A stretch of 64,000 nucleotides of DNA from Waterburya sp. (GTDB taxonomy: Bacteria; Cyanobacteriota; Cyanobacteriia; Cyanobacteriales; Xenococcaceae). Location: NCBI GenBank assembly GCA_965217895.1, contig CBDCJV010000002.1, forward strand, positions 3,648,001-3,712,000. Reading direction: 5' to 3'. A model generated the notes under the pieces. The model saw only the letters and a program-made list of their open reading frames with translations, was not told the origin of the DNA and made no database searches. Made by a program: the position numbers and the translations under genes. Shown piece after piece: positions 21,819 to 30,328 of the stretch; within the stretch, counting starts at the first letter, position 1, and the number at the start of each line of letters is the position of its first letter.

Positions 21819-21940
21819 GGCGTTGGTAATTTAACGTATAACGTACAAAGTATTTTTGTTTGTAGCTATTAGTTCTTAGCTTTTTAAATTCACGCTTTGA
21901 TCTGTAAACCTCAAAAATCATACCTGGATTTACCAAAGCC
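21819..21940. mobile_element. Complete MITE (122 bp)
   Basis: Imperfect TIRs GGCGTTGGTAATTTAACGTAT / ATACCTGGATTTACCAAAGCC; flanks CAATTTTT / TAATTTTT resemble an 8-bp target-site duplication (7 of 8). Confidence 0.72.
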
Positions 21941-22020
21941 TAATTTTTTAGTCTCAGCTTGTACAGAGTTATGAAGAATTTTAGATATTGCAGTACGTTA
22001 ATTGGTTAGGAAAATTTAAT

Positions 22021-22116
22021 TGCTCGTAAGTAACCAAGGGGTATCCCCCGCAGGGAGCGTCCTAGCACAGCCTCATCCTGCTATACCAGTAAGAGCAGTT
22101 GGGACGGTTGAGGCAA
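22021..22116 (+). ncRNA. Putative structured (pseudoknotted) RNA upstream of clpB
   Basis: GC-rich island with stems GTCCTAGC/GTTGGGAC, CTGCT/AGCAG, GCCTCA/TGAGGC, GGGG/CCCC; strand not certain. Confidence 0.45.
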
Positions 22117-22510
22117 CTTTAAAAACCCAATTTACCGTTAGCCATCTTAATTTCCAACAAGAGTCAAACACCTATTATTTCCTTAACAATCAATTTTTGT
22201 CCAAACCATTGTTTAAAGCAAGATCGAGAAATTTAAACATGGCGATCGCCATAACTTTATAGCTTTTAAAACTAAAACTGGGAAAACCAGAATCGGGCGG
22301 TTGGGGTATCCTACCTAACTACGTGCTTTTGTTCTCGCTACAATTACATTAAATCAAAGGATAGAGTTTCTAAATCTTAATCTACCTATAGACAACGAAC
22401 TTTTAAGCCCAATCTCTCCTAGATATAGTTAGATTAGGCATATATTTTTCAGCAATAAATCAAATTATTAGAGTAAAGTTTTTATCCCCTAGTTAAGCGA
22501 GAAGAAAAAT

Positions 22511-25129
22511 ATGCAACCAAACAACCCGCAAAAATTTACCGCCAAGGCTTGGCAGGCGATCGCCAATGTTCAAGACATCGCTAAACAAAGTCAACAACAA
22601 CAGGTAGAAACAGAACACCTGTTTAAATCTTTAATTGAAGAAGAAGGATTAGCCAGCAGTATTTTCAACAAGGCTGATGTCAGCGTGCAGCTATTGCGTA
22701 ATAAAGTTGACCAGTTTATCAATAGTCAGCCAAAAGTAAGCAATGCTAACGGTAGCGTTTTTTTAGGACGTAGTTTAGACAGTTTGTTAGATCGCTCGGA
22801 AAAATATCGTACTGAATTTGATGACGATTATATTTCCATTGAGCATTTAGTTTTAGGTTTTGCCCAAGATGATCGCTTTGGACGTAAACTACTACAAGAG
22901 GTTGGCTTAAGCGAAAAACAACTTAAAGAAATTATTAAACAGGTGCGTGGAAAGCAAAAAGTGACGGATCAAAATCCTGAAGGAAAGTATGATGCCCTAG
23001 AAAAGTATGGGCGAGAGCTAACTCAACTTGCCAGAGAGGGTAAATTAGATCCTGTCATTGGTCGTGATGAAGAAATTCGCCGTACCATTCAAATATTATC
23101 TCGTCGTACCAAAAATAACCCTGTACTCATTGGTGAGCCTGGAGTTGGTAAAACCGCCATTGTCGAAGGATTGGCACAAAGAATTATCAATCGTGACGTG
23201 CCTGAGTCTTTGCGCGATCGCACTGTTGTGGCTTTAGATATGGGTGCATTAATCGCTGGTGCAAAGCTAAGAGGTGAGTTTGAAGAACGCCTCAAAGCCG
23301 TCCTTAAAGAGGTTACCGAATCTCAAGGCAACATTATCTTGTTTATCGATGAAATCCATACCGTTGTGGGTGCAGGTGCAGCTCAAGGTTCAATGGATGC
23401 AGGCAACATACTCAAGCCTATGTTAGCTAGAGGAGAATTGCGCTGTATTGGGGCTACTACCCTAGATGAATATCGTAAATACATTGAGAAAGACGCAGCT
23501 TTAGAAAGACGTTTTCAGTCTGTATTAGTAGATGAACCCAACGTAATCGATACTATTTCTATTTTGCGCGGGCTAAAAGAACGCTATGAAGGACACCACG
23601 GGGTAACAATTGCCGATACGGCTTTAGTTGCTGCTGCTAGTTTGTCCAACCGCTATATTAGCGATCGCTTTTTACCAGATAAGGCGATCGACCTAGTAGA
23701 CGAAGCGGGAGCAAAACTAAAGATGGAAATCACTTCTAAGCCTGAAGAGTTAGACGAAGTTGACCGCAAGATTCTGCAACTAGAAATGGAAAGACTGTCT
23801 TTAGAAAAAGAAGATAATCCCATATCTAAAGAAAGGTTAGAAAAGCTAGAAAAAGAATTAGCCGATCTTAAAGAAGAACAGTCGGAAATCAACGCTCAAT
23901 GGCAGTCAGAAAAAGAAGTCATCGACCAAATTCGCGCTCTTAAAGAAGAAATTAATGCCGTTAATTTAGAAATTGAGCAGTCGGAAAGAGCTTACGATCT
24001 AAATCGTGCTGCCGAATTACGTCATGGTAAATTACCCAAACTCCAAGAAGAAGTTGTTGAAATAGAACAGAAGCTAGCAGCAAAACAAACCAGTGGTAAT
24101 TCCCTACTGCGAGAAGAAGTATTAGAGTCTGACATTGCCGAAATTATTGCTAAGTGGACAGGCATACCGCTTAAAAAACTGATTGAATCTGAAAAATCTA
24201 AGCTGCTAAATCTAGAGGCTGAACTCCATGAACGAGTAATCGGTCAAGAAGAAGCTGTAAGCGCGGTTGCCGATTCGATTCAACGTTCTCGCGCAGGCTT
24301 AGCCGATCCTCAACGTCCTACCGCTAGCTTTATTTTCCTCGGCCCAACTGGAGTAGGTAAAACTGAACTAGCCAAGGCTTTGGCTAAAAGTCTATTTGAT
24401 ACAGAAGAGGCTTTAGTTCGCATTGATATGTCTGAGTATATGGAGAAACATTCCGTATCTCGTTTGGTCGGTGCGCCTCCAGGATATGTGGGTTATGACG
24501 AAGGAGGACAGTTAACCGAAGCAATTCGTCGTCGTCCTTATTCCGTGATTCTGTTTGACGAAATCGAAAAAGCTCATCCTGATGTCTTTAACATCATGCT
24601 GCAAGTTCTCGATGACGGCAGGTTAACAGATTCTCAAGGGCGTACCGTAGACTTTACCAATACAATTATCATCATGACCAGTAATATTGGTTCCCAGTAC
24701 ATCCTAGATGTATCAGGGGATGATAGTCAGTATGAAGAAATGCGATCGCGAGTCATGAACGCGATGCGGGATAACTTCCGTCCTGAATTCCTCAATCGGA
24801 TTGACGAAATTATCATCTTCCATGCTTTAGTCAAAGAACAGTTACGCAATATTGTTCAAATACAGGTTAAAGGTTTAGAAAGCCGTTTGGCAGAACAAAA
24901 GCTGTCTTTGAAAATTTCCGATGCTGCTTTAGATTATCTGGCAGAGTTGGGTTACGACCCCGTATACGGTGCCAGACCTCTAAAACGCGCTATTTCCAGA
25001 TACTTAGAGACAGCGATCGCCAAATCTATTTTACGAGGAGAATACAATCCTGGCGACACTATCTTTGTGGATGTAGAAGGAGAAAGATTAATCTTTAAAC
25101 GTCTATCAGTAGAAATGCTGACCAAGTAA
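22511..25129 (+). CDS. clpB: ATP-dependent chaperone ClpB
   Basis: Two AAA+ modules ([16 protein letters not shown]), coiled-coil middle domain, GARPLKRAI. Confidence 0.98.
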   Translation: MQPNNPQKFTAKAWQAIANVQDIAKQSQQQQVETEHLFKSLIEEEGLASSIFNKADVSVQLLRNKVDQFINSQPKVSNANGSVFLGRSLDSLLDRSEKYRTEFDDDYISIEHLVLGFAQDDRFGRKLLQEVGLSEKQLKEIIKQVRGKQKVTDQNPEGKYDALEKYGRELTQLAREGKLDPVIGRDEEIRRTIQILSRRTKNNPVLIGEPGVGKTAIVEGLAQRIINRDVPESLRDRTVVALDMGALIAGAKLRGEFEERLKAVLKEVTESQGNIILFIDEIHTVVGAGAAQGSMDAGNILKPMLARGELRCIGATTLDEYRKYIEKDAALERRFQSVLVDEPNVIDTISILRGLKERYEGHHGVTIADTALVAAASLSNRYISDRFLPDKAIDLVDEAGAKLKMEITSKPEELDEVDRKILQLEMERLSLEKEDNPISKERLEKLEKELADLKEEQSEINAQWQSEKEVIDQIRALKEEINAVNLEIEQSERAYDLNRAAELRHGKLPKLQEEVVEIEQKLAAKQTSGNSLLREEVLESDIAEIIAKWTGIPLKKLIESEKSKLLNLEAELHERVIGQEEAVSAVADSIQRSRAGLADPQRPTASFIFLGPTGVGKTELAKALAKSLFDTEEALVRIDMSEYMEKHSVSRLVGAPPGYVGYDEGGQLTEAIRRRPYSVILFDEIEKAHPDVFNIMLQVLDDGRLTDSQGRTVDFTNTIIIMTSNIGSQYILDVSGDDSQYEEMRSRVMNAMRDNFRPEFLNRIDEIIIFHALVKEQLRNIVQIQVKGLESRLAEQKLSLKISDAALDYLAELGYDPVYGARPLKRAISRYLETAIAKSILRGEYNPGDTIFVDVEGERLIFKRLSVEMLTK

Positions 25130-25240
25130 TTGGCAAATACTTCAATCCAATAAACAGCAATTTTAGAGATCAAGGTAAACAGTCTTACGCCTTGATTTCT
25201 ATTTTTTTGATATTACTAGCCTATTTAAGCAGTTTTTCCA

Positions 25241-25289
25241 CAGAATTATATCCAGACTTTTTCTTGATATCAGTCTATATAGGGTAGAT
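25241..25289 (+). repeat. 49-bp direct repeat, left copy (partner 27108..27156)
   Basis: CAGAATTATATCCAGACTTTTTCTTGATATCAGTCTATATAGGGTAGAT; 42 of 49 identical by manual alignment. Confidence 0.85.
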
Positions 25290-25311
25290 ATACAGAAAGT
25301 TTCTGTATAAT
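25289..25311 (+). promoter_or_regulatory. Palindrome overlapping a TATAAT box just before the first cassette
   Basis: TATACAGAAA-G-TTTCTGTATA (perfect 10-bp arms); TATAAT at 25306-25311. Confidence 0.45.
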
Positions 25312-25347
25312 AAGTATAGTTAGACCGCGAGATGGGCTTTCTCGACG

Positions 25348-25989
25348 ATGAGAACATGTATGACAACTACTACGAACACAAACAGTAGGGTCGTTATTGC
25401 CTACGATATGAATCTTGAAAACTTTCAGATGGCAACCGCGATTCGGGGAGTGCTGGAGTTTTACGGTCTTCAAGTTACTTTGGTGTGGCTCAATGAAAAG
25501 CAGAATACGATCAATTTTTTTGCAGGACACGCCCTAAAAGCTGATTACACAATCCTCTGTGCCCACGGCATTGGGAAAGAGAATCGTATCTGGCTAATGG
25601 TTGTTGAGAAGGTAGTCGGGACGAAATACAGGTACGAGGAGGTAGAGTTCAACCTGACCCCAAATAACATCGAAAACTATGTCAAGAATGCTGGCGGGAC
25701 GTTTATCACTACAGCCTGCGACTCTGGCTGTAAAGGGTTCGCGAAAGCCTTTTTAGATGTAGGCTACCGTGCATTTATTGCCCCCAGTTTAGCAGTAGAC
25801 TTAAGTTCCGCCGTGCTGTTCATCTGCGGCTTCTTCTGCAATATGCTTGCTCACGATCGTGATATCCATAAAGCCACCTACACGGAACGTGAGGCGGTTG
25901 AGCGCGCAGCAGCGATCCAGCCATTCCCAGACGGAACCGCCGCTTTCCAGTACTTCGGCAGAGACAACAACGGGTGCATAGCGGTCTAA
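25348..25989 (+). CDS. Cassette-encoded small CHAT/caspase-like (clan CD) protein
   Basis: TILCAHG and ITTACDSG (His-Gly / Ala-Cys dyad motifs), then GFAKAFLDVG...AVDLSSAVLF; visibly more GC-rich than host genes; start may be 25360. Confidence 0.7.
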   Translation: MRTCMTTTTNTNSRVVIAYDMNLENFQMATAIRGVLEFYGLQVTLVWLNEKQNTINFFAGHALKADYTILCAHGIGKENRIWLMVVEKVVGTKYRYEEVEFNLTPNNIENYVKNAGGTFITTACDSGCKGFAKAFLDVGYRAFIAPSLAVDLSSAVLFICGFFCNMLAHDRDIHKATYTEREAVERAAAIQPFPDGTAAFQYFGRDNNGCIAV

Positions 25990-26070
25990 CAATCCCAATG
26001 CACCAGAACAAAGTCAAGCGATCTGTGAACTACAAAGGATATCTGTGTCCAGTGATTGGAACCGTTATAT
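25984..26070 (+). other. attC recombination site 1
   Basis: R'' GTCTAAC, L'' CCAATGCAC pairing with L' GTGATTGG with one extra G, R' GTTATAT; R'' is the exact reverse complement of GTTAGAC at 25319. Confidence 0.85.
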
Positions 26071-26260
26071 CGAAAGAATATCAGGAGGTTTTATTCCAAT
26101 GACTGATGCACCTTTATATTCTTGGCTTGATCGCGAATAGAACTGCTAGTAAAATCATTGAGCTTTCCTAATTTCCTCAGAAGTCTAAACAGTCACCACC
26201 CAAAAACGAAGCACGGATCAGTTTTTCAAGATTCAATTTCAAGGCATAGCAGGTTGATAG

Positions 26261-26381
26261 CCCCGTATACGGTGTAAGACCTCTAAAACGCTCTATCTTC
26301 CGCTATTTAGAAACGGCGAACGCCAAATCTATTTTGCGGGGAGAATACAATCCTGGCGACACTATCTTTGTGGATGTAGAA
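26261..26381 (+). repeat. Diverged duplicate of clpB 3' segment 24958..25078
   Basis: 108 of 121 nt identical, no gaps. Confidence 0.95.
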
Positions 26382-26420
26382 ATCGTTGCCCATGCCTTTC
26401 AAAATACATACAATATATGT

Positions 26421-26687
26421 ATGACCTTTGAATATGATCCTCAAAAAGCCCAAACAAATTGGCAAAAGCATGGTGTTTCACTTGCTGAAGCTGAATTGGT
26501 GTTTTTTGATCCTCTTGCCATTCATGACGCTGATCCTGATTCAATCGGTGAGGAACGCTTCATCGCAGTGGGAATAGGAAACTCAGGACTACTCTTGGTC
26601 GTTGTTTATACAATGCGTGGTGATGCAGTGCGCTTAATTTCTGCTCGTCGCGCAACTCGACAGGAGATAAAAGCTTATGAGAAATGA
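26421..26687 (+). CDS. brnT: BrnT-family toxin
   Basis: MTFEYDPQKAQTNWQKHGVSLAEAELVFFDP...GEERFIAVG...VVVYTMRGDAVRLISARRAT; true start 26421, not 26334. Confidence 0.92.
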   Translation: MTFEYDPQKAQTNWQKHGVSLAEAELVFFDPLAIHDADPDSIGEERFIAVGIGNSGLLLVVVYTMRGDAVRLISARRATRQEIKAYEK

Positions 26688-26958
26688 ATATGATTTTTCA
26701 AAAGGAAAACGTGGTGCCGTTATTCCATCTACGGGTAAAACACGCATCACGATTTACTTGGACGACGATATCTTAGACAGTTTTCGGCAAAAAGCAGAAG
26801 CTAAGGGTCTTGGTTATCAAACCTTGATCAATGAAGCATTGAAGACTCATCTAAAAAAGCCAGCAAAACAGCCGTTGACAGAAAATGATCTTCGTCGTGT
26901 TCTTCGAGAAGAGTTAATTCAGTCACATAACTCGTCTCAAGCTATTGGTAATGCCTAA
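26677..26958 (+). CDS. brnA: BrnA-family antitoxin
   Basis: MRNEYDFSKGKRG...KTRITIYLDDDILDSF...GYQTLINEAL; overlaps the toxin stop. Confidence 0.9.
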   Translation: MRNEYDFSKGKRGAVIPSTGKTRITIYLDDDILDSFRQKAEAKGLGYQTLINEALKTHLKKPAKQPLTENDLRRVLREELIQSHNSSQAIGNA

Positions 26959-27044
26959 CAATCCTATGGAAGAGACGCTCGAAACACTCTACTAATCGAT
27001 GCTTGAAATTAGTTCTCGCGCCCCTGATGGGGTGGTCGTTATAC
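26953..27044 (+). other. attC recombination site 2
   Basis: R'' GCCTAAC overlapping the antitoxin stop, imperfect L''/L' stem, R' GTTATAC. Confidence 0.72.
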
Positions 27045-27107
27045 GGCTTCGTTTTTAGGTAGTGACTGGAAAACCGATCCGTGTCTCGGTTTTTCAAGAT
27101 TCAACCT

Positions 27108-27156
27108 CAGAATAATATTCAGACTTTTTCTTGATATCATTCAACATAGGAAAGAT
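27108..27156 (+). repeat. 49-bp direct repeat, right copy
   Basis: CAGAATAATATTCAGACTTTTTCTTGATATCATTCAACATAGGAAAGAT. Confidence 0.85.
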
Positions 27157-27171
27157 TAACCTTTTAGGAAA

Positions 27172-27567
27172 TTAATTATCAATCACTGCAATACATTCAA
27201 TTTCAACCAAGACATCTTTTGGTAAACGAGAAACTTCAACACAGGCACGGGCTGGGGCTGTATCTTCGGCAAAATATTGGGCATAAACTTGATTCATTGG
27301 GGCAAAATTGGCTAAATCAGTCAAGAAAACGCTAGTTTTAACCACATTATCCCAATTAGCTTGAGCCTCTGTAAGTATTGCCTCAATATTGCTCATTACC
27401 TGCTTAGTTTGAGCGGTGATATCTTTTGCGCCCACAATATTTCCTGACTGGGGATCTAAAGGTATTTGTCCTGCAATAAAGAGCATTTGACCAGAAGCAG
27501 CGATCGCCTGATTATAGGGACCCACTGGGGCGGGAGCGTGATTAGTGCGAATCACTTTTTTAGACAT
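27172..27567 (-). CDS. ridA: RidA family deaminase
   Basis: [43 protein letters not shown]. Confidence 0.95.
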   Translation of the reverse strand: MSKKVIRTNHAPAPVGPYNQAIAASGQMLFIAGQIPLDPQSGNIVGAKDITAQTKQVMSNIEAILTEAQANWDNVVKTSVFLTDLANFAPMNQVYAQYFAEDTAPARACVEVSRLPKDVLVEIECIAVIDN

Positions 27568-28468
27568 AGGGGCTAAGAATCAATCCTAATATTAGTAACA
27601 ATGAGCTAGAAAGATAGAGATTTATGGCAATAAACTTGCTATTGCTTACTTTCTGGGGCAAGTGGTGATTTTGATTGACGTGGCTTACGAGTTGATAAGC
27701 AAAAGGAAGACTGCCAAAAATAATAAGGCTTAAAAGTGGAAGTGTACCTGTAATAACCAAAATTACTGTCAGAATATAAATACTGGCGGTAAGAGCAGCC
27801 AATACCTTTGCGCCTTTACTAGTTCCTAAACGGACAATAGGCGATCGCTTGCCAGCAGCCAAATCGTCTTCTACCTGATGAAAATGGGAACAAAATAAAA
27901 TAATTGTGGTGCTGATCCCAACTATGGTCGATATTGCTAGGTTACTGCCTGAAAATGTCTGAGTTTGAGCATAATATGCTGCCGATACTGCACCAGGACC
28001 AAAGGTAAAGAAACAAATTATTTCTCCTAAGCCGAGATAGCCCAGACGAAAAGGAGGACCTTGATAGATGTAGCCTAAAAAACAACAAAGCAGTACTAGC
28101 CCTAATACAGTAGAGTCCTGCTGTTGCCAAGAAAGAGTTAAAATACCTAATATGCCGAGAATCAGACAGAAATTTGCCATCCAGAAAACTAGAGATTTAT
28201 TGCCTGTCAAATTGACTACCGAGTGGTCTTTATGGATATCAATACCAGTTTCTGAGTCAAAGACATCATTACTGAGATTTAGCCAGGCAATAATCAAAAT
28301 TGCCGAGCCTAGAAAAGTAAAAAATATCTGGGAATTAAACAGATGAGTTTGGGCAAAAGCTACTGCTGTACCGAGCGCAATCGGCACGATCGCTACACTG
28401 TACATTGGTGGTTTAATAGCAGCTAGCCACAACTTAGATTTTTGTTGAGTTATTTGCTTAGTAGTCAT
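27560..28468 (-). CDS. menA: DHNA phytyl/prenyltransferase
   Basis: [43 protein letters not shown]; in men cluster. Confidence 0.95.
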   Translation of the reverse strand: MTTKQITQQKSKLWLAAIKPPMYSVAIVPIALGTAVAFAQTHLFNSQIFFTFLGSAILIIAWLNLSNDVFDSETGIDIHKDHSVVNLTGNKSLVFWMANFCLILGILGILTLSWQQQDSTVLGLVLLCCFLGYIYQGPPFRLGYLGLGEIICFFTFGPGAVSAAYYAQTQTFSGSNLAISTIVGISTTIILFCSHFHQVEDDLAAGKRSPIVRLGTSKGAKVLAALTASIYILTVILVITGTLPLLSLIIFGSLPFAYQLVSHVNQNHHLPQKVSNSKFIAINLYLSSSLLLILGLILSPYV

Positions 28469-28767
28469 AAAAATAATGAAGCGAGCAGAAAGTGCGATCG
28501 CTTCGCTCTGAAGACGACCTTTAATACACTATCAGGTATAGCTATAAGGTGTTTATCGAGTTTCACGAAAGTTTATCTTCTGCCTCATTTTTTTCTTTTC
28601 TGGTCGATCGAGCTGAAGCTACTCAAAGCTGTGTATTGCATTGATTTACTATGACTATTGCAGCTAGTAGCCTATAATAAATATCATAAATTTGCTTTTT
28701 TTTATTAGTTATTTACTAATAGATAGTCTGCTAAATATTATTTGGTAATTTTGCTGCCGAAACTTTT

Positions 28768-30219
28768 TTGAGAATGACACAATTTAAAAACTCTATGTCC
28801 TTTTTAACTCAGTCTAATAATTTAGTTTTAGAAGATAATCATGCGAAATTTGAAAACTTTTGGCTTAATAACAAATTAGATTTTGTAGTAACTAAAGATA
28901 CAAAAATTATTAGCTTTGCCTGTCAAATTCCTAGCGTCGATCCTCTTGCTTGCTTACAAAGTTTTAGTCATACTAATACTCTACATTTTTATTGGGAAAA
29001 CCGTAGTAAGCAAGAAGCAGTAGCTGCTTGGGGCATTGCTCGTCAAAATTATACGGGGTCTAAATCGCGATTTGACATAGCACAGAGTTTTGTACAAGAG
29101 TGTTTTGCACAGACGATCGCAGAAGGCGAAAATACTTCAAATTTAGGCAAGCCAAGTGTATTCTGTAGCTTTACTTTTTTTGCCGATCCTAAAGAATCTG
29201 AACCATTTAAATCAGGTACATTATTTTTGCCTCGTTTTCAAATAGTTAAAAAGAACAAAAACTGCTGTTTGATCGTAAATTATCCTCTCGATCAAGGACA
29301 AGACAAAAGCCATTTTGTCAACCTTATTCAACAAAAGTTAAATAATATTAATTGGTCTGATGTCGGTCGATTGAATGTTGAGAGGGAAAACAATTTCTCG
29401 TCTTCTGAGCGAGATCGGTGTCAAGATCCTAACTATTTTAAGTCGGTAGTGGCATCTGCCCTCGATGCGATCGCTGTTGATGAGCTTAGTAAGATTGTCA
29501 TTGCCCACACCACGGATATACGCTCACCTGTCCCTTTTCGGGTAATTAAAACCCTTAGCAATCTGCGTCAGCTTCATCCAGACTGCTATATCTTTTCCAC
29601 CAGCAACGGTTCAGGACAAAACTTTATTGGTGCTAGCCCAGAGCGTTTAATTAGCGTCCAAAACAAACAGCTTGTTACCGATGCCCTAGCTGGTTCTGCT
29701 CCTAGGGGTGCAAACAACACAGAAGATTTACATTTAGGTAATTTGCTGCTCAAAAATAGAAAGGAAAAACGAGAGCATAAAGCCGTTAGTGATTTTATAA
29801 TTGAGCGTCTACAAAGTATTGGCTTAAAACCTCAGCAACTACCGCTGCAACTGCTCAAATTATCTAATATTCAACACCTCTGGACACCAATTTATGCTCA
29901 TTTACCGCCAGATATCGAACCTTTAGAAATTGTGGCTCTGCTTCATCCAACTCCTGCTGTTGCTGGGGTATCTACAAAAGTTGCCTGTGAAAAAATCCGC
30001 CGTTATGAAAGATTTGATCGCTCCTTATATGCTGCTCCTTTAGGCTGGGTAGACTCCGAAGGAAATTGCGAATTTATCGTTGGTATTCGTTCGGCATTAA
30101 TAGATGGCGATCGCGCTCGACTCTATGCAGGGGCTGGTATAGTTTCTGGCTCTAACCCAGACAAAGAATTTGATGAGGTGCAGTTGAAATTACAGTCGCT
30201 TTTGAAGGCTTTAGTTTAA
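28768..30219 (+). CDS. menF: Isochorismate synthase
   Basis: FIGASPERL, ALAGSAPRG, KEKREH, LHPTPAVAG, YAGAGIV; start may be ATG at 28795. Confidence 0.95.
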   Translation: MRMTQFKNSMSFLTQSNNLVLEDNHAKFENFWLNNKLDFVVTKDTKIISFACQIPSVDPLACLQSFSHTNTLHFYWENRSKQEAVAAWGIARQNYTGSKSRFDIAQSFVQECFAQTIAEGENTSNLGKPSVFCSFTFFADPKESEPFKSGTLFLPRFQIVKKNKNCCLIVNYPLDQGQDKSHFVNLIQQKLNNINWSDVGRLNVERENNFSSSERDRCQDPNYFKSVVASALDAIAVDELSKIVIAHTTDIRSPVPFRVIKTLSNLRQLHPDCYIFSTSNGSGQNFIGASPERLISVQNKQLVTDALAGSAPRGANNTEDLHLGNLLLKNRKEKREHKAVSDFIIERLQSIGLKPQQLPLQLLKLSNIQHLWTPIYAHLPPDIEPLEIVALLHPTPAVAGVSTKVACEKIRRYERFDRSLYAAPLGWVDSEGNCEFIVGIRSALIDGDRARLYAGAGIVSGSNPDKEFDEVQLKLQSLLKALV

Positions 30220-30328
30220 TAGTTGCTACTCTTCCATTAAACCTAATTTAAATTAATTATAGGGGTAATTAATATTTATCCCTACCTAAATCTTGCTATA
30301 TTAAGAAGCTATTGTCTATTTTTCGGAT

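Larger units (their letters stand above)
25319..27044 (+). mobile_element. Integron gene-cassette array lacking an integrase in the window (CALIN-like)
   Basis: Core site GTTAGAC at 25319; attC sites at 25984..26070 and 26953..27044, each overlapping a stop codon. Confidence 0.8.

Noticed and set aside
22059..22114. HDV-like ribozyme
   Set aside because: Stem order is reminiscent, but there is no P4 or catalytic-C junction and P3/L3 sizes do not fit.
22020..22262. 80-aa ORF upstream of clpB
   Set aside because: TTG start, no recognisable motifs; overlaps the structured element.
26334..26420. N-terminal extension of the BrnT ORF ([16 protein letters not shown]...) as a ClpB-toxin fusion
   Set aside because: It is read-through of the duplicated clpB fragment from a TTG; the family-typical toxin start is at 26421.
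25130..27170. Complete integron or prophage
   Set aside because: No tyrosine recombinase or phage genes in the window; only cassettes are supported.
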